A stretch of 32,000 nucleotides of DNA from Pasteurella multocida (GCF_900187275.1 NZ_LT906458.1:840001-872000); one strand, 5' to 3'; counted from the first letter of the stretch, positions 1-10,709 are shown. Program-made: numbers and translations. The notes: generated by a model not told the origin, from the letters alone.

Positions 1-168
1 ACGGATATTGAATATCTCCCCGCTCGCCAAAATGCAAACGCGGGTACCCTATTGCTCACCCCTTTTGCTGCGATTGCCGATGTCGCAACAGGTATTTTAG
101 CCGTGCCTGCTTATATCGGTTTACAAGCAGTTTGTCTTGGTCAAAGCGATGGCTTTATTTGTAAATAG
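1..168 (+). CDS. 3' end of an unidentified ORF (55 codons, runs off the left edge)
   Basis: Frame 1 is open from base 1 to TAG at 166-168. Translation: [55 protein letters not shown]. Hydrophobic tail, no family recognised. Confidence 0.3.
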   Translation, partial: TDIEYLPARQNANAGTLLLTPFAAIADVATGILAVPAYIGLQAVCLGQSDGFICK

Positions 169-212
169 AGTGAAACATCTTACTTTCCCACGGGCTTCTA
201 TGCTTTGCACAA

Positions 213-221
213 AAGTGCGGT
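213..221 (+). repeat. Hin-type DNA uptake signal sequence core AAGTGCGGT
   Basis: Exact 9-mer AAGTGCGGT followed by an AT-rich flank (ggtatttaaaaaagtttt), in the intergenic region next to the infB terminator. Confidence 0.7.
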
Positions 222-265
222 GGTATTTAAAAAAGTTTTGCGAGCAATATTTGCTATTCCACCAT

Positions 266-298
266 ACAAAAAAGCGGAGAACTTAACGCTCTCCGCTT
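266..298 (-). terminator. Rho-independent terminator downstream of infB
   Basis: Minus strand reads AGCGGAGA-gcgttaagt-TCTCCGCT followed by TTTTTT, about 20 nt after the infB stop. Confidence 0.75.
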
Positions 299-318
299 GT
301 GACATTCGTAATCAATAA

Positions 319-2820
319 TTAGATCGTACGTTTAATCTCAACCACTTCGAACACCTCGATTTGGTCGCCGACTTTCACATCATTGTAGTTCTTCACACCA
401 ATACCACATTCCATACCGTTACGTACTTCTGCTACGTCATCTTTAAAGCGACGTAATGACTCAAGTTCGCCCTCAAAAATGACCACGTTATCACGTAAGA
501 CACGGATTGGGTTGTTACGTTTGACAATACCTTCTGTCACCATACAACCTGCGATTGCGCCAAATTTCGGATGACGGAAAACATCACGCACTTCAGCCAA
601 ACCGATAATTTCTTGTTTAAATTCAGGTTGTAGCATACCGCTCATCGCTGCTTTGATTTCGTTTAATAGCTCATAAATAATTGAGTAGTAACGTAAGTCA
701 ATGCTTTCTGATTCGATAATACGGCGCGCTGAGGCATCGGCACGTACGTTAAAGCCAAGTACGATCGCATTCGAGGCTGCCGCTAAAGTCGCATCCGTTT
801 CCGTGATACCACCGACACCGGAACCCACCACTTTTACCTTCACTTCGGCAGTAGAAAGTTCGTTCAATGACTGACAGATCGCTTCCACCGATCCTTGTAC
901 GTCTGCTTTCACAATCACGTTCAACTCAGCCACATCCCCTTCTGCCATATTAGTAAACATATTTTCCAATTTGGCTTTTTGTTGACGTGCTAATTTCACT
1001 TCACGGAATTTACCTTGACGATATAACGCCACTTCACGTGCTTTTTTCTCATCACGTACAACCGTTGCTTCATCACCTGCAGCAGGTACTCCTGAAAGCC
1101 CCAATACCTCAACAGGAATTGAAGGACCTGCACTTGCTACATCTTTCCCGTTTTCGTTACGCATTGCACGCACACGACCATATTCAAAACCACAAAGTAC
1201 GATATCACCACGGTGTAAAGTACCGGTTTGCACAAGAATTGTTGCAACTGGACCACGACCTTTATCAAGATAAGATTCAATCACCACACCTGTCGCCATA
1301 CCGTCTTTCACGGCAGTTAATTCAAGAACTTCCGATTGTAATAAGATCGCTTCAAGCAACTCATCAACACCAGTCCCTTTCTTCGCCGAAACATATACAA
1401 ACTGAGTGTCACCACCGAATTTTTCTGCGACGACTTCATGTTGTAACAATTCGGTCTCAACACGCTCTGGGTTCGCTTCTGGTTTATCAATTTTATTGAC
1501 TGCAACCACAATCGGTACACCTGCAGCTTTCGCATGTTGGATCGCCTCAATGGTTTGTGGCATCACACCATCATCTGCCGCGACCACAAGTACCACGATA
1601 TCCGTTGCTTTCGCACCACGCGCACGCATCGAAGTAAATGCTGCGTGTCCTGGTGTATCTAAGAAAGTGATCATTTTGCCATCAGTTTCTACATGGTATG
1701 CACCGATGTGCTGGGTGATCCCACCCGCTTCACCAGAGGCAACCTTAGCTTTACGAATGTAGTCAAGTAGTGAGGTTTTACCGTGGTCAACGTGACCCAT
1801 GATGGTCACCACTGGTGCGCGCGTGACTAATTCCGCATCCACATCGCGATCGCTCATCACCGATTCTTCCAACTCATTCTCTTTACGAATGATCACTTTA
1901 TGCCCCATTTCTTCTGCCACAAGCTGTGCGGTTTCTTGGTCAATCACTTGGTTAATAGTGGCCATTGCGCCCATTTTCATCATCGTTTTGATGACTTCTG
2001 TTGCTTTTACTGCCATTTTATTGGCAAGTTCAGCCACGGTAATCGTTTCACCGATGACGACATCGCGGTTCACGGCTTGAGCAGGTTTAGTAAAGGCTTG
2101 TTGTAAGGCACTGCCTTTTTTCGCATGCTTACCTTTACCCATTTTGCCATCTTTCTGATTACGACGATTAGATTCACGTTCTGTTTTTGAGCTTTCGTCT
2201 TCACGACCACCTTTTTTCGCTTTGGCAACTTTATTTTTTCCTCCACGATTACGGTTTTCTTTACGGCGCGCTTCTTCATCTTCCGCTTCACGTGCATAAG
2301 TAGACGTTAAATGATAATCCGCATAGTCTTCACTGTTCTCGTTCTCTGCGTCTTCTTCACTTAATTCTGCATAACGTTTCGCTTCTTCCGCCGCTTTACG
2401 TGCCAGCTCTTCTGCTTTTTGGCGTGCAAGTTCATCTGCTTTACGACGTAATTCGGCTTCTTCTGCACGGCGCTTTTCTTTTTCCACGTCAACCGCTTTG
2501 GTCGGTGCGCTCACAGCTTGTGCTTTCTTCGCTTCTTCGACTTTCGCTTGTTTTGCTTTTTCAGCCTCTAAACGCGCTTTTTCTTCCGCGTCTTTTTTCG
2601 CTTTTTCTGCTGCCAATCTGTCTGCTTCTTGTTTTGCTTTCAATCTTGCTTCTTCCGCTTTTTGTGCCGCATCTGTTGGCACCGTACGTTTTTTACGGAC
2701 TTCGACTTGCACTTCTTTTGCCTTACCGCCCGCAGTTGTACTGACGGTGGTTTTGGTTCGACGCTGTAAACTCAGTTTTTTTGGGGCAGCCCCATCGGCT
2801 TTTTTTACATCTTCTGTCAT
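319..2820 (-). CDS. infB: Translation initiation factor IF-2
   Basis: 833 aa. Lys/Glu/Ala-rich N-terminal region, GTPase motifs ([17 protein letters not shown]), and a conserved C-terminal domain ending VEIKRTI. Sits directly downstream of nusA as in other gamma-proteobacteria. Confidence 0.97.
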   Translation of the reverse strand: MTEDVKKADGAAPKKLSLQRRTKTTVSTTAGGKAKEVQVEVRKKRTVPTDAAQKAEEARLKAKQEADRLAAEKAKKDAEEKARLEAEKAKQAKVEEAKKAQAVSAPTKAVDVEKEKRRAEEAELRRKADELARQKAEELARKAAEEAKRYAELSEEDAENENSEDYADYHLTSTYAREAEDEEARRKENRNRGGKNKVAKAKKGGREDESSKTERESNRRNQKDGKMGKGKHAKKGSALQQAFTKPAQAVNRDVVIGETITVAELANKMAVKATEVIKTMMKMGAMATINQVIDQETAQLVAEEMGHKVIIRKENELEESVMSDRDVDAELVTRAPVVTIMGHVDHGKTSLLDYIRKAKVASGEAGGITQHIGAYHVETDGKMITFLDTPGHAAFTSMRARGAKATDIVVLVVAADDGVMPQTIEAIQHAKAAGVPIVVAVNKIDKPEANPERVETELLQHEVVAEKFGGDTQFVYVSAKKGTGVDELLEAILLQSEVLELTAVKDGMATGVVIESYLDKGRGPVATILVQTGTLHRGDIVLCGFEYGRVRAMRNENGKDVASAGPSIPVEVLGLSGVPAAGDEATVVRDEKKAREVALYRQGKFREVKLARQQKAKLENMFTNMAEGDVAELNVIVKADVQGSVEAICQSLNELSTAEVKVKVVGSGVGGITETDATLAAASNAIVLGFNVRADASARRIIESESIDLRYYSIIYELLNEIKAAMSGMLQPEFKQEIIGLAEVRDVFRHPKFGAIAGCMVTEGIVKRNNPIRVLRDNVVIFEGELESLRRFKDDVAEVRNGMECGIGVKNYNDVKVGDQIEVFEVVEIKRTI

Positions 2821-2835
2821 TTTTCACTCCTCCAA

Positions 2836-4317
2836 TTACTCACTGAACCAACAGATATTACGTGCCGCCATAATAAAATCGGCGGCTTGTTCTGCTGTCA
2901 AATCTTCAATATCCGCTAAATCATCAACACCTTGTTCTGCAAGTTCTTCCAGAGTAGTAATTTGTTTTTCTGCTAATTTCAACGCAATATGGCGATTCAT
3001 TCCCTCTAATGCGAGTAAACGATCTTCAATATGCGCTTGTTTTAAGGCTTCTTCTGCTAATGCCGCAGCCGTAATCGCATTTTTGGCACGCTCTTGCAAT
3101 TCTTCGACCAAATCTTCATCTTCTAAGCCATCAATTGCGGTTAATTCACTGACTGAAACATAAGCCAGTTCTTCTAATGTAGAGAAACCTTCCTCAATTA
3201 AGATATGCGCAAAATCTTCATCAATTTCTAGCGCATTCATGAATAATTTCAATACTTTATTATCTTCTGCTTGATGTTTTTGGTTCAGCTCATCAGTGGT
3301 CATCACGTTTAATGTCCAACCTGTTAGTTGGGTTGCTAAACGCACATTTTGACCATTTCGACCAATCGCTTGTGCAAGATTGGCTGGTTCGACTGCGATA
3401 TCCATTGCATGTGAATCTTCATCCACCACGATAGAAGTGACATCTGCTGGCGCCATCGCATTGATCACAAATTGCGCAGGGTTATCATCCCAAAGTACGA
3501 TATCCACACGTTCGCCACCTAATTCATTGGTAATGGCTTGTACACGCGCACCACGCATACCAACACAAGCACCCACTGGGTCAATACGTTTATCATTGCT
3601 TTTCACTGCAATTTTCGCTCGAGAGCCCGGATCACGCGCTGCATTTTTAATTTCGATCAGTTCTTCACCAATTTCAGGAACCTCAATACGGAATAACTCA
3701 ATTAACATTTCCGGTTTAGCACGGGTAACAAATAATTGAGCACCTTTGCTTTCTGGGCTCACTTTATATAACACACCACGGACACGATCTCCCGGACGGA
3801 AATTTTCACGCGGTAACATATCTTCACGTAATATCACGGCTTCGGCTTGTTGACCTAAATCTAATACAATATTGTCGCGATTCACTTTTTTCACTGTGCC
3901 GGTCACAATCTCACCTTCTTGAGAACGGAATTGCTCAACAATTTTGTTACGCTCTGCTTCACGGATCTTCGTGCTAATCACCTGACGTGCGGTTTGCATC
4001 GTGATGCGGTCAAAGGCCACAGATTCAATTTGATCTTCTACATAATCACCTAGTTGCACATTAGGATCATCAAATTGTGCCGCTTCTAAGGTGATTTCTT
4101 TTGTCGGATTGGTTACTTCGTCCACAACCAACCAACGACGGAAGGTATCAAACTCCCCCGTTTTTGTGTTAATCACCACACGCACATCAATTTCTTGCTC
4201 ATACTTCTTTTTGGTTGAAAGGGCAAGCGCACTTTCTAACGCTTCAAAAATCTTTTCACGTGGTAATAATTTTTCATTTGATACCGCTTCTGCAGCCAAT
4301 AAAAGTTCTTTACTCAT
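2836..4317 (-). CDS. nusA: Transcription termination/antitermination factor NusA
   Basis: 493 aa starting [16 protein letters not shown], with S1/KH region and C-terminal acidic repeats. Conserved rimP-nusA-infB order. Confidence 0.97.
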   Translation of the reverse strand: MSKELLLAAEAVSNEKLLPREKIFEALESALALSTKKKYEQEIDVRVVINTKTGEFDTFRRWLVVDEVTNPTKEITLEAAQFDDPNVQLGDYVEDQIESVAFDRITMQTARQVISTKIREAERNKIVEQFRSQEGEIVTGTVKKVNRDNIVLDLGQQAEAVILREDMLPRENFRPGDRVRGVLYKVSPESKGAQLFVTRAKPEMLIELFRIEVPEIGEELIEIKNAARDPGSRAKIAVKSNDKRIDPVGACVGMRGARVQAITNELGGERVDIVLWDDNPAQFVINAMAPADVTSIVVDEDSHAMDIAVEPANLAQAIGRNGQNVRLATQLTGWTLNVMTTDELNQKHQAEDNKVLKLFMNALEIDEDFAHILIEEGFSTLEELAYVSVSELTAIDGLEDEDLVEELQERAKNAITAAALAEEALKQAHIEDRLLALEGMNRHIALKLAEKQITTLEELAEQGVDDLADIEDLTAEQAADFIMAARNICWFSE

Positions 4318-4334
4318 TGCTCTGTTTGCTCCTT

Positions 4335-4790
4335 TTAGAATTTAGGAATAATATTGGCCTTTTGAATATTGCCAAATACCAAAATTTGTTCTTGCCCATC
4401 GACAATCAGGGTCAACATATCATTCTCAATTTTTTCTAATTTACCTTGCCATTTACGACGATCCAAAACAGGAATACGCAAATGCACCACAATTTCTTGT
4501 CCAATATAGCGCTGATATTGATCTAATGTGAATAATGCACGATCTAAACCAGGTGAAGACACTTCAAGGTTATATTTATCCGCAATCGGATCTTCCACAT
4601 CTAAAATCGCGCTCACTTGACGGCTCACATCGGCACAATCTTCCACTGTGACGCCACCTTCTTTATCTATATATAAACGTACTGTTAAATAGCGACCAGC
4701 ACGCTGACATTCAATGCCCCAAAGCTCACACCCTAAATCTTCGACTGAGCTCTGTAGCAGTTCTTGTAACTTTTGTTCTAAGGTTGCCAA
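4335..4790 (-). CDS. rimP: Ribosome maturation factor RimP
   Basis: The ORF track extends to 4880. The homologous N-terminus ([11 protein letters not shown]) begins at a TTG at 4790, preceded by GAGAGG about 5 nt upstream, giving 151 aa, typical RimP length. Confidence 0.88.
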   Translation of the reverse strand: MATLEQKLQELLQSSVEDLGCELWGIECQRAGRYLTVRLYIDKEGGVTVEDCADVSRQVSAILDVEDPIADKYNLEVSSPGLDRALFTLDQYQRYIGQEIVVHLRIPVLDRRKWQGKLEKIENDMLTLIVDGQEQILVFGNIQKANIIPKF

Positions 4791-4896
4791 AATTACCTCT
4801 CTAATATGTAGGATACTTAAACACATCTGTCTTAGGATAACGTTATTGATAGGCAATATCGCCAACATCCAATAAGTCAACCGTAAATTTTAGACG

Positions 4897-4925
4897 TAAA
4901 AAAAGGACTCGCATGTTCAGTCCTT
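4897..4925 (-). terminator. Second of two tandem intrinsic terminators between the tRNA and rimP
   Basis: Minus strand: AAGGACT-gaacatgcg-AGTCCTT followed by a T-run (TTTTTTT). Confidence 0.6.
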
Positions 4926-4951
4926 ACATAAAAATTCCTCATTCAGATACG

Positions 4952-4975
4952 AAAAAACCCCATAATTTAGGGGCT
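4952..4975 (-). terminator. First intrinsic terminator after the initiator tRNA
   Basis: Minus strand: GCCCC-taaattat-GGGGT followed by TTTTTT. The stem is short (4-5 bp), so this is a weaker call. Confidence 0.45.
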
Positions 4976-4998
4976 TCTTTACTGAACTGTCTGTAAAG

Positions 4999-5075
4999 TG
5001 GTTGCGGGGGCCGGATTTGAACCGACGGCCTTCGGGTTATGAGCCCGACGAGCTACCAAGCTGCTCCACCCCGCG
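4999..5075 (-). tRNA. Initiator tRNA-fMet (anticodon CAT), metY-equivalent position
   Basis: Reverse complement CGCGGGGTGGAGCAGCTTGGTAGCTCGTCGGGCTCATAACCCGAAGGCCGTCGGTTCAAATCCGGCCCCCGCAACCA, 77 nt. It has the C1-A72 mismatch, three G-C pairs in the anticodon stem and an encoded CCA. Nearly identical to E. coli tRNA-fMet as I recall it. Confidence 0.97.
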
Positions 5076-5091
5076 TCCGAAATATTGGCGT

Positions 5092-5119
5092 ATTATAGCC
5101 TTTTAATGAAAAATATCAA
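5092..5119 (-). promoter_or_regulatory. Candidate sigma-70 promoter for the tRNA-fMet/rimP/nusA/infB operon
   Basis: Minus strand TTGATA-N16-TATAAT. The -10 hexamer ends 16 nt before the mature tRNA 5' end. Confidence 0.55.
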
Positions 5120-5339
5120 GTTTTAATTCCAATCTTTTTTCTTTTCCACCCAATTTGCTTACGCCACTTATTTAAATTACCCCCATGAAGGCTTATCAAG
5201 GTATCATATTGATTGTTAGCTATTACACTTTCAACTACTCAATAACAATCATTCCTTTACGATAAACGCGTTGAGAGTGAATACAACGAACGACTGCTAT
5301 AGATACCGCGTTTCTTGTTGTCATCTCGCACCTTTAAAT

Positions 5340-6086
5340 TTATGCTAAAAGCACATTTAGCCCTTGACGTTTTAATTCTGCAATAATCTCAGCGTCCGCT
5401 TCTTTCCCTGTGATTAACAAATGAATATTGTGCAGTTCCGCAAATAACATACCGGCTTGTTTTCCAAGCTTTGAACTATCTAATAGAACAACTAATTTAC
5501 CGACACGTGGCAACATTCTTTGTTCAGAGTTCGCAATTAACATATCGGTTTTATATAGCCCATCTACGGTTAATCCTTTACCACTGGTAAACATGATATT
5601 CGCTGCATAAATAGCCTCTGCATTGGTATTTAAAGACAACATAATAGCCTGATTTTTATTGTATTGCCCCCCCATAATCACTACATCATTATGATCATGC
5701 TCAATGAGATAATTCGCTAATGGCAAGAAATTTGTCATAATTTGTACATTCTTACCACAAAGACGGCTACCTAACATCAGCATTGTAGAGCCACAGGTCA
5801 GAATCACACTATCGCCATCCTGACAGAGTTTGGCTGCTAATTCAGCAATCCGTTTTTTCTCACCTGAATTATTGATGGCGAGCGGTTGAGAACGGTATGC
5901 TTTTTTCTCAATGACTTCCGCACCATTACGCACTTTTTTTAAGCGCCCTTGTTCATTTAATTTAGTAATATCCCGTCTTGCTGTTGCAGGTGAAACATCC
6001 AATAAGCGAATAATATCTTGCGTTGATAGCGCTTTCCTTTCTTCTAACAAATTCAGTAATTGTCTATGTCGATAATTTTCGTTCAT
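5340..6086 (-). CDS. ulaR: DeoR-family repressor of the ascorbate regulon (UlaR-like)
   Basis: 248 aa with N-terminal HTH (STQDIIRLLDVSPATARRDITKLNEQGRLKKVRNGAE) and C-terminal sugar-phosphate sensor. Collinear with E. coli UlaR as recalled (GGQYNK, FTSGKGLT, YKTDML). Adjacent to ulaG as in E. coli. Confidence 0.9.
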   Translation of the reverse strand: MNENYRHRQLLNLLEERKALSTQDIIRLLDVSPATARRDITKLNEQGRLKKVRNGAEVIEKKAYRSQPLAINNSGEKKRIAELAAKLCQDGDSVILTCGSTMLMLGSRLCGKNVQIMTNFLPLANYLIEHDHNDVVIMGGQYNKNQAIMLSLNTNAEAIYAANIMFTSGKGLTVDGLYKTDMLIANSEQRMLPRVGKLVVLLDSSKLGKQAGMLFAELHNIHLLITGKEADAEIIAELKRQGLNVLLA

Positions 6087-6138
6087 TATTTTTACGTCCT
6101 TAGTTACTTAGAAACTATTCTATCAATAATGAACAAAT

Positions 6139-6162
6139 AAGCCACGTAAAATTACGTGGCTT
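6139..6162 (-). terminator. Hairpin downstream of ulaG (possible terminator)
   Basis: Perfect 10-bp stem AAGCCACGTA/TACGTGGCTT with a 4-nt loop, 19 nt after the ulaG stop. On the minus strand it is followed only by ATTTGTT, so the T-tract is poor. Confidence 0.45.
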
Positions 6163-6180
6163 ACATAGTTAGAATACAAC

Positions 6181-7272
6181 TTAAAGCATTGACTTAAACT
6201 GAATATTAGGCTCATGTTCAAAACAATCATCAAATCCACGAGGATGATGATATTCAAGCAAGTCTTTATCCTGTGGATAAACATACTTCCCACCCACTTC
6301 CCAAATAAAAGGATGGAATTGATATTGCAAACGCTCCTTACGTAAACGCCAAAGATGTAAAATTTCATCGGTACTTGCCATGAAATTTGTCCAAATGTCG
6401 TAATGAACAGGAATGATCACTTTACAACGTAAACATTCTGCCATGCGTAACAAATCAATCGATGTCATTTTATCCGCAATACCGACCGGATTTTCCCCAT
6501 AATTATTTAATGCTACATCAATATCAAATTCTTTTCCATGCTTGGCAAATTGAATAGAATAGTGAGAATCAGCACCATGATAAATATTTCCACCTGGAGT
6601 TTTAAAGACATAGTTTACTGTTTTACGCCCCATTTCCTCATCGGAAGGACATAACCCGAGTAACTCCCCTCCTTGCTCTTCAGCCCCTTCAACAGGTAAT
6701 GTCACTAAACAAGTCCGATCAAACGAATCTAATGCGTGAATCTCGACATCTTTTAATTTTACAACATCACCAGGTTTAACAATAATGATCCGCTCCTCTG
6801 GAACCCCCCATTGTTTCCATAATTCCGCACAATGCCATGGACCCACAAATTTTACATGCGTTAGGGCTGGATTATTGACGATGGCAGCCGCAACATTCAC
6901 ATCAATATGATCGCTGTGATAATGTGAAGCAAGAATGAAATCTACTTCATTAATTGAAAAAGGGTCTAATACCATAGGTTGGGCGCGTAAGTTTGGCTGT
7001 AATTTACGTACTCCAGCCATATTTGCCATTTGGTGTCCACGAACCATATCTTTTACTTTTTTAGTTGATTTACCTCTTCCACACCATAAATCCATACAAA
7101 TATTAGCGCCTGCTGGGGTCTTGATCCATACGCCGACACAACCTAACCACCACATAGCGACATTCCCTTCTGGCACAACTTCATTCTCAATTTCTTCATT
7201 TAGCCATGTTCCCCATTCAGGAAAAGTAGAAAGGATCCAACTTTCACGTGTGATTTCATTAATTTTACTCAT
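6181..7272 (-). CDS. ulaG: L-ascorbate-6-phosphate lactonase (metallo-beta-lactamase fold)
   Basis: 363 aa starting [29 protein letters not shown], with the HYHSDHID metal motif and end-to-end resemblance to E. coli UlaG as recalled. Confidence 0.93.
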   Translation of the reverse strand: MSKINEITRESWILSTFPEWGTWLNEEIENEVVPEGNVAMWWLGCVGVWIKTPAGANICMDLWCGRGKSTKKVKDMVRGHQMANMAGVRKLQPNLRAQPMVLDPFSINEVDFILASHYHSDHIDVNVAAAIVNNPALTHVKFVGPWHCAELWKQWGVPEERIIIVKPGDVVKLKDVEIHALDSFDRTCLVTLPVEGAEEQGGELLGLCPSDEEMGRKTVNYVFKTPGGNIYHGADSHYSIQFAKHGKEFDIDVALNNYGENPVGIADKMTSIDLLRMAECLRCKVIIPVHYDIWTNFMASTDEILHLWRLRKERLQYQFHPFIWEVGGKYVYPQDKDLLEYHHPRGFDDCFEHEPNIQFKSML

Positions 7273-7358
7273 TGTATTCTCCTATAAAACAACGCAAAAC
7301 AAATCAAAAACAATCATATTAAATCAAAATAAAAAATACAATAAGTGTAATTAGAATT

Positions 7359-7374
7359 TGTGATCTAGATCTTA
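7359..7374. promoter_or_regulatory. Weak CRP-like half-site overlapping a GATCTAGATC palindrome
   Basis: TGTGA-tctaga-TCTTA: one consensus half and one 3/5 half. The embedded perfect 10-bp palindrome GATCTAGATC (7362-7371) carries two Dam GATC sites. Located in the ulaG/ulaA divergent region. Confidence 0.3.
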
Positions 7375-7478
7375 CTATCAACTCACATCGATAAAATAAA
7401 TCTAAAAGCAATTATTTTTCATATTGTTATATTAAAAATAAATTAATTAATTTAAATATTACACGCTTTGTATAAAAA

Positions 7479-7494
7479 TGTGAAACTGCTCACA
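7479..7494. promoter_or_regulatory. Consensus CRP binding site upstream of ulaA
   Basis: TGTGA-aactgc-TCACA: both half-sites match the CRP consensus exactly with 6-bp spacing. Confidence 0.7.
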
Positions 7495-7514
7495 AATTAT
7501 CAAATATAATCTTT

Positions 7515-7520
7515 TATAAT
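7515..7520 (+). promoter_or_regulatory. Candidate -10 hexamer of the ulaA promoter (class II geometry with the CRP site)
   Basis: TATAAT at 7515-7520, with a second TATAAT at 7505-7510. The CRP site centre (7486.5) plus 41.5 predicts a start near 7528, which places 7515-7520 at about -13 to -8. Confidence 0.45.
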
Positions 7521-7621
7521 CTTTTTTTGCTGTTATGCTTATACCCAGATTTCTTAGATCAGGCCTTATCCAGAAATCTTTCATGCAAATATACACAATG
7601 AAAAAATCCAGAGGTGTCACT

Positions 7622-9412
7622 ATGGAAACACTCTATAACCTATTCTTAAGCTTTAATAATCAAGTCCTTTCTAAAGCCCCCTTTCTACTTGGTATTGTTG
7701 CTTGTATTGGGTACATTCTATTGAAAAAAGACACAACAACAGTTATCAAAGGAACAATAAAAACAATTGTTGGTTTTATGATTGTGCAGGCGGGATCTGG
7801 CTTTCTTGTCGCAAACTTCAAGCCAATAATTGAGGGGTTATCAAAATATCATAATTTGACGGGGGCAGTGATTGACCCTTACACCAGCATGCAAGCCACC
7901 ATCCAAACGATGGCAGATAACTATGCGTGGGTTGGCTACGCGGTTATCCTGGCATTGTTTTTAAATATCTTATTAGTCGTATGCCGTAGAATTACAGGGA
8001 TTCGAACTATCATGCTGACGGGACATATTATGTTCCAACAAGCAGGTTTAGTCGCTGTATTCTATATGATTATTGGCGCCTCAATGTGGGAAACGGTCAT
8101 TTATACTGCCGTATTAATGGCGCTATATTGGGGAATCTCATCAAATATCATGTATAAACCTACCCAGGCAGTTACTGGTGGTGCAGGTTTTTCTATTGGA
8201 CATCAACAACAAATCGCTTCTTGGATCGCAGTCAAACTCGCGCCAAAACTTGGCGACAAAAATGATACCGTAGATAAAATGAAATTACCGAAATGGCTAC
8301 ATATTTTTCATGACAGTATTTCCGCAACCGCACTTGTTATGACTGTATTTTTCGGCATCATTTTACTCTCTTTTGGCTTAGATAACTTGCAACAAATGGC
8401 AGGCAAAACCCACTGGTTTATGTACATTTTTGAAATGGGCTTAAAATTTGCTGTTGCTATCCAAATCATCGTCACTGGTGTACGGATGTTTGTTGCTGAG
8501 CTTTCAGAAGCATTCAAAGGAATATCTGAGCGCGTTATTCCAAACTCTGTACTCGCTATTGACTGTGCGGCCATTTATGCTTTTTCGCCAAATGCAATGG
8601 TCTTTGGCTTTATGTGGGGGGCGATTGGACAATTTGTAGCTGTCGGTCTGCTCCTCGGTTTTAGTTCACCTATTCTGATTATTCCAGGCTTCATTCCGAT
8701 GTTTTTCTCAAATGCAACGATCGGTGTCTTTGCGAACCAATTTGGTGGCTGGAAATCCGTCATGAAAATTTGTTTCATTATGGGGATCATAGAAGTACTT
8801 GGTTCAGCTTGGGTTATTCACTTACTTGCCACCCAAGGTACAACGTTTAATGGTTGGATGGGAATGGCGGACTGGGCATTATTTTTCCCACCAATATTGC
8901 AAGGCATTGTTAGCATACCGGGTTTCTTTTTTGTTTTACTGACATTAGCCATTGTTTATATGGTGTTTGCGTCAAAGCAATTACGTTCAGAAGAGGCCGC
9001 TGCCGCTGCACTTGGTAAAACCTTGGAACAAATGGATGGTTATGACAAGACAGAACATAGCCCAATCACACCGGATGACAGCGTCCAACATGATGTTCTA
9101 AAAACAGCCGTTAACCCTATTCGAATCCTGGCAGTTTGTGGTAGCGGGCAGGGTTCATCAATGATGATGAAAATGAAGATTAAAAGTTATCTGGACAAGC
9201 ATAACATACCAAATACCTTGGATTCCTGTGCAGTGACCGATTATAAAGGCAAATTAAATGAAATCGATATTATCGTTGCTTCTCGTCATCTTGCCGATGA
9301 AATTGAAGTGGGTGAAGATAAATTTGTCTTGGGTGTACAAAACATGCTAAATCCAAATTCCTTTGGTCCAGAATTAATTGCCTTAATCAAAAAATATCAG
9401 CAAACCACTTAA
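7622..9412 (+). CDS. ulaA: Ascorbate-specific PTS permease, fused EIIC-EIIB (UlaA-UlaB in one polypeptide)
   Basis: The ORF track starts at 7535, but homology to the UlaA N-terminus (METLYNLF vs MEILYNIF) and AGAGGTG 6 nt upstream favour ATG 7622 (596 aa). Residues to about 465 are collinear with UlaA ([38 protein letters not shown]). After an Ala/Glu/Asp-rich linker, the last roughly 100 aa match UlaB ([20 protein letters not shown], Cys codon 9137-9139). Confidence 0.9.
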   Translation: METLYNLFLSFNNQVLSKAPFLLGIVACIGYILLKKDTTTVIKGTIKTIVGFMIVQAGSGFLVANFKPIIEGLSKYHNLTGAVIDPYTSMQATIQTMADNYAWVGYAVILALFLNILLVVCRRITGIRTIMLTGHIMFQQAGLVAVFYMIIGASMWETVIYTAVLMALYWGISSNIMYKPTQAVTGGAGFSIGHQQQIASWIAVKLAPKLGDKNDTVDKMKLPKWLHIFHDSISATALVMTVFFGIILLSFGLDNLQQMAGKTHWFMYIFEMGLKFAVAIQIIVTGVRMFVAELSEAFKGISERVIPNSVLAIDCAAIYAFSPNAMVFGFMWGAIGQFVAVGLLLGFSSPILIIPGFIPMFFSNATIGVFANQFGGWKSVMKICFIMGIIEVLGSAWVIHLLATQGTTFNGWMGMADWALFFPPILQGIVSIPGFFFVLLTLAIVYMVFASKQLRSEEAAAAALGKTLEQMDGYDKTEHSPITPDDSVQHDVLKTAVNPIRILAVCGSGQGSSMMMKMKIKSYLDKHNIPNTLDSCAVTDYKGKLNEIDIIVASRHLADEIEVGEDKFVLGVQNMLNPNSFGPELIALIKKYQQTT

Positions 9413-9456
9413 AGGAGACGAATCCTTATTCAATCATCAACTAAATAGGACATACC

Positions 9457-9924
9457 ATGAATTTAAAACAGTCGCTCATAGAAAATAATTCAATCAAACT
9501 TCATCAAACTGCCAAAAATTGGGAGGAGGCAATTAAACTAGGGACCGATATGTTAATCGCTTCGGGAGCCGTCGAACCACGTTATCACGATACGATTATC
9601 AAATGTGTTAAAGAACTAGGACCATATATCATTATTGCTCCCCATTTAGCGATGCCACACGCTCGCCCAGAGGATGGTGTCAATCGCACAGCCTTTGCCC
9701 TCGTCACGCTAGATACACCCATTTATTTTGATGGTGAAGATGAACCTGTCGATGTACTCCTCACACTTGCGGGCAGTGATGCAAATCAACATATGCAAGG
9801 TCTCATGGAGATCACTCAGGTACTTGATGATCCAGACAGTGATACGGGCATTAATTTAGATAAAATTCGTCGTTGTCAAACTGCTGAAGATGTTTATGCG
9901 GTTATTGATGCAGTCTTAAACTAA
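9457..9924 (+). CDS. ulaC: Ascorbate-specific PTS EIIA component
   Basis: 155 aa. PTS EIIA-2 fold with the LAMPHARPEDGV phosphorylation-site histidine. Collinear with E. coli UlaC as recalled. Confidence 0.9.
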   Translation: MNLKQSLIENNSIKLHQTAKNWEEAIKLGTDMLIASGAVEPRYHDTIIKCVKELGPYIIIAPHLAMPHARPEDGVNRTAFALVTLDTPIYFDGEDEPVDVLLTLAGSDANQHMQGLMEITQVLDDPDSDTGINLDKIRRCQTAEDVYAVIDAVLN

Positions 9925-9941
9925 ATAAAAAAGGAATAATT

Positions 9942-10619
9942 ATGCCAAAACCATTACTCCAAATTGCACTTGATTCTCTCAGTCTTGAGAAAGCACTTTC
10001 TGACGCTAAACATGCCGAATCAATGGTTGATATTATTGAAGTTGGCACCATTCTCGCCTGCGCAGAGGGTATGAAAGCAGTGAGTACATTACGTGCATTA
10101 CACCCGCATCACATTTTAGTTTGCGATCTCAAAACAACAGATGGTGGTGCGATTTTAGCAAAAATGGCTTTTGAAGCGGGTGCTGATTGGTTAACCGTGT
10201 CTGCCGCGGCACATCCTGCAACCAAAGCAGCATGCAAAAAAGTCGCCGATGAGTTCAACCAGTCTCATCCCGACTTAAAAGTGAAAAAAGAAATTCAAAT
10301 TGAAATCTATGGAAATTGGACATTTGAAGATGCACAGGAATGGGTAAAACTTGGTATTACACAAGCGATTTATCACCGCTCCCGTGATGCTGAATTATCA
10401 GGAGAAAGTTGGGCAAAAGAGGATATCGAAAACATGAAGCGATTAGAAGAACTCGGTTTAGCACTTTCTATTACAGGCGGGATCATTCCAGAAGATATCC
10501 ATTTATTTAAAGACATTCGCAAAGCCAAAGCATTCATTGCTGGTCGCGCGTTGATAGGGGAAAAGGGAAGAACAACGGCTGATGCGATTCATACTGAAAT
10601 TGCTAAATATTGGACTTAG
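9942..10619 (+). CDS. ulaD: 3-keto-L-gulonate-6-phosphate decarboxylase
   Basis: 225 aa with OMP-decarboxylase-suprafamily motifs (LQIALD, DIIEVGT, DLKTTDGG, YHRSRDA, FIAGRA), collinear with E. coli UlaD. Confidence 0.9.
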   Translation: MPKPLLQIALDSLSLEKALSDAKHAESMVDIIEVGTILACAEGMKAVSTLRALHPHHILVCDLKTTDGGAILAKMAFEAGADWLTVSAAAHPATKAACKKVADEFNQSHPDLKVKKEIQIEIYGNWTFEDAQEWVKLGITQAIYHRSRDAELSGESWAKEDIENMKRLEELGLALSITGGIIPEDIHLFKDIRKAKAFIAGRALIGEKGRTTADAIHTEIAKYWT

Positions 10620-10677
10620 CTTTTTTATTCGTTCAATCTTCAACTTGCACCTTTGTGATTCGAAAAGATGCAGTAAT

Positions 10678-10709
10678 ATTTAGCCCTGTACATTGGTATA
10701 GGGCTAAAT
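10678..10709. repeat. Perfect 10-bp inverted repeat (hairpin) downstream of ulaD
   Basis: ATTTAGCCCT-gtacattggtat-AGGGCTAAAT. There is no adjoining T-tract on either strand, so it is not a canonical intrinsic terminator. Confidence 0.5.

Noticed and set aside
987-3163. Plus-strand ORFs of 68-221 aa (987-1499, 1406-1762, 1799-2080, 1900-2106, 2400-2744, 2498-3163) and minus-strand off-frame ORFs (1317-1550, 2070-2297)
   Set aside because: All lie inside infB or the end of nusA in other frames. Their translations are low-complexity (Ser/Ala/Leu/Phe-rich mirror images of the Lys/Glu/Ala-rich IF-2 region), so they are antisense or off-frame artefacts.
4791-4880. Upstream extension of the rimP ORF ([14 protein letters not shown]...)
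   Set aside because: The extension has no homology to RimP and lacks an RBS. The conserved N-terminus starts at TTG 4790, which has a good Shine-Dalgarno.
5245-5334. 29-codon minus-strand ORF (MTTRNAVSIAVVRCIHSQRVYRKGMIVIE) just downstream of ulaR with an AAGGTG-like RBS
   Set aside because: Too short and without recognisable features. It could be chance in a 260-bp spacer and needs ribosome-profiling evidence.
7535-7621. Upstream in-frame ATGs extending ulaA by 29 codons
   Set aside because: The UlaA family N-terminus aligns with MET at 7622, which has its own RBS. The extension would also overlap the predicted promoter and start site.
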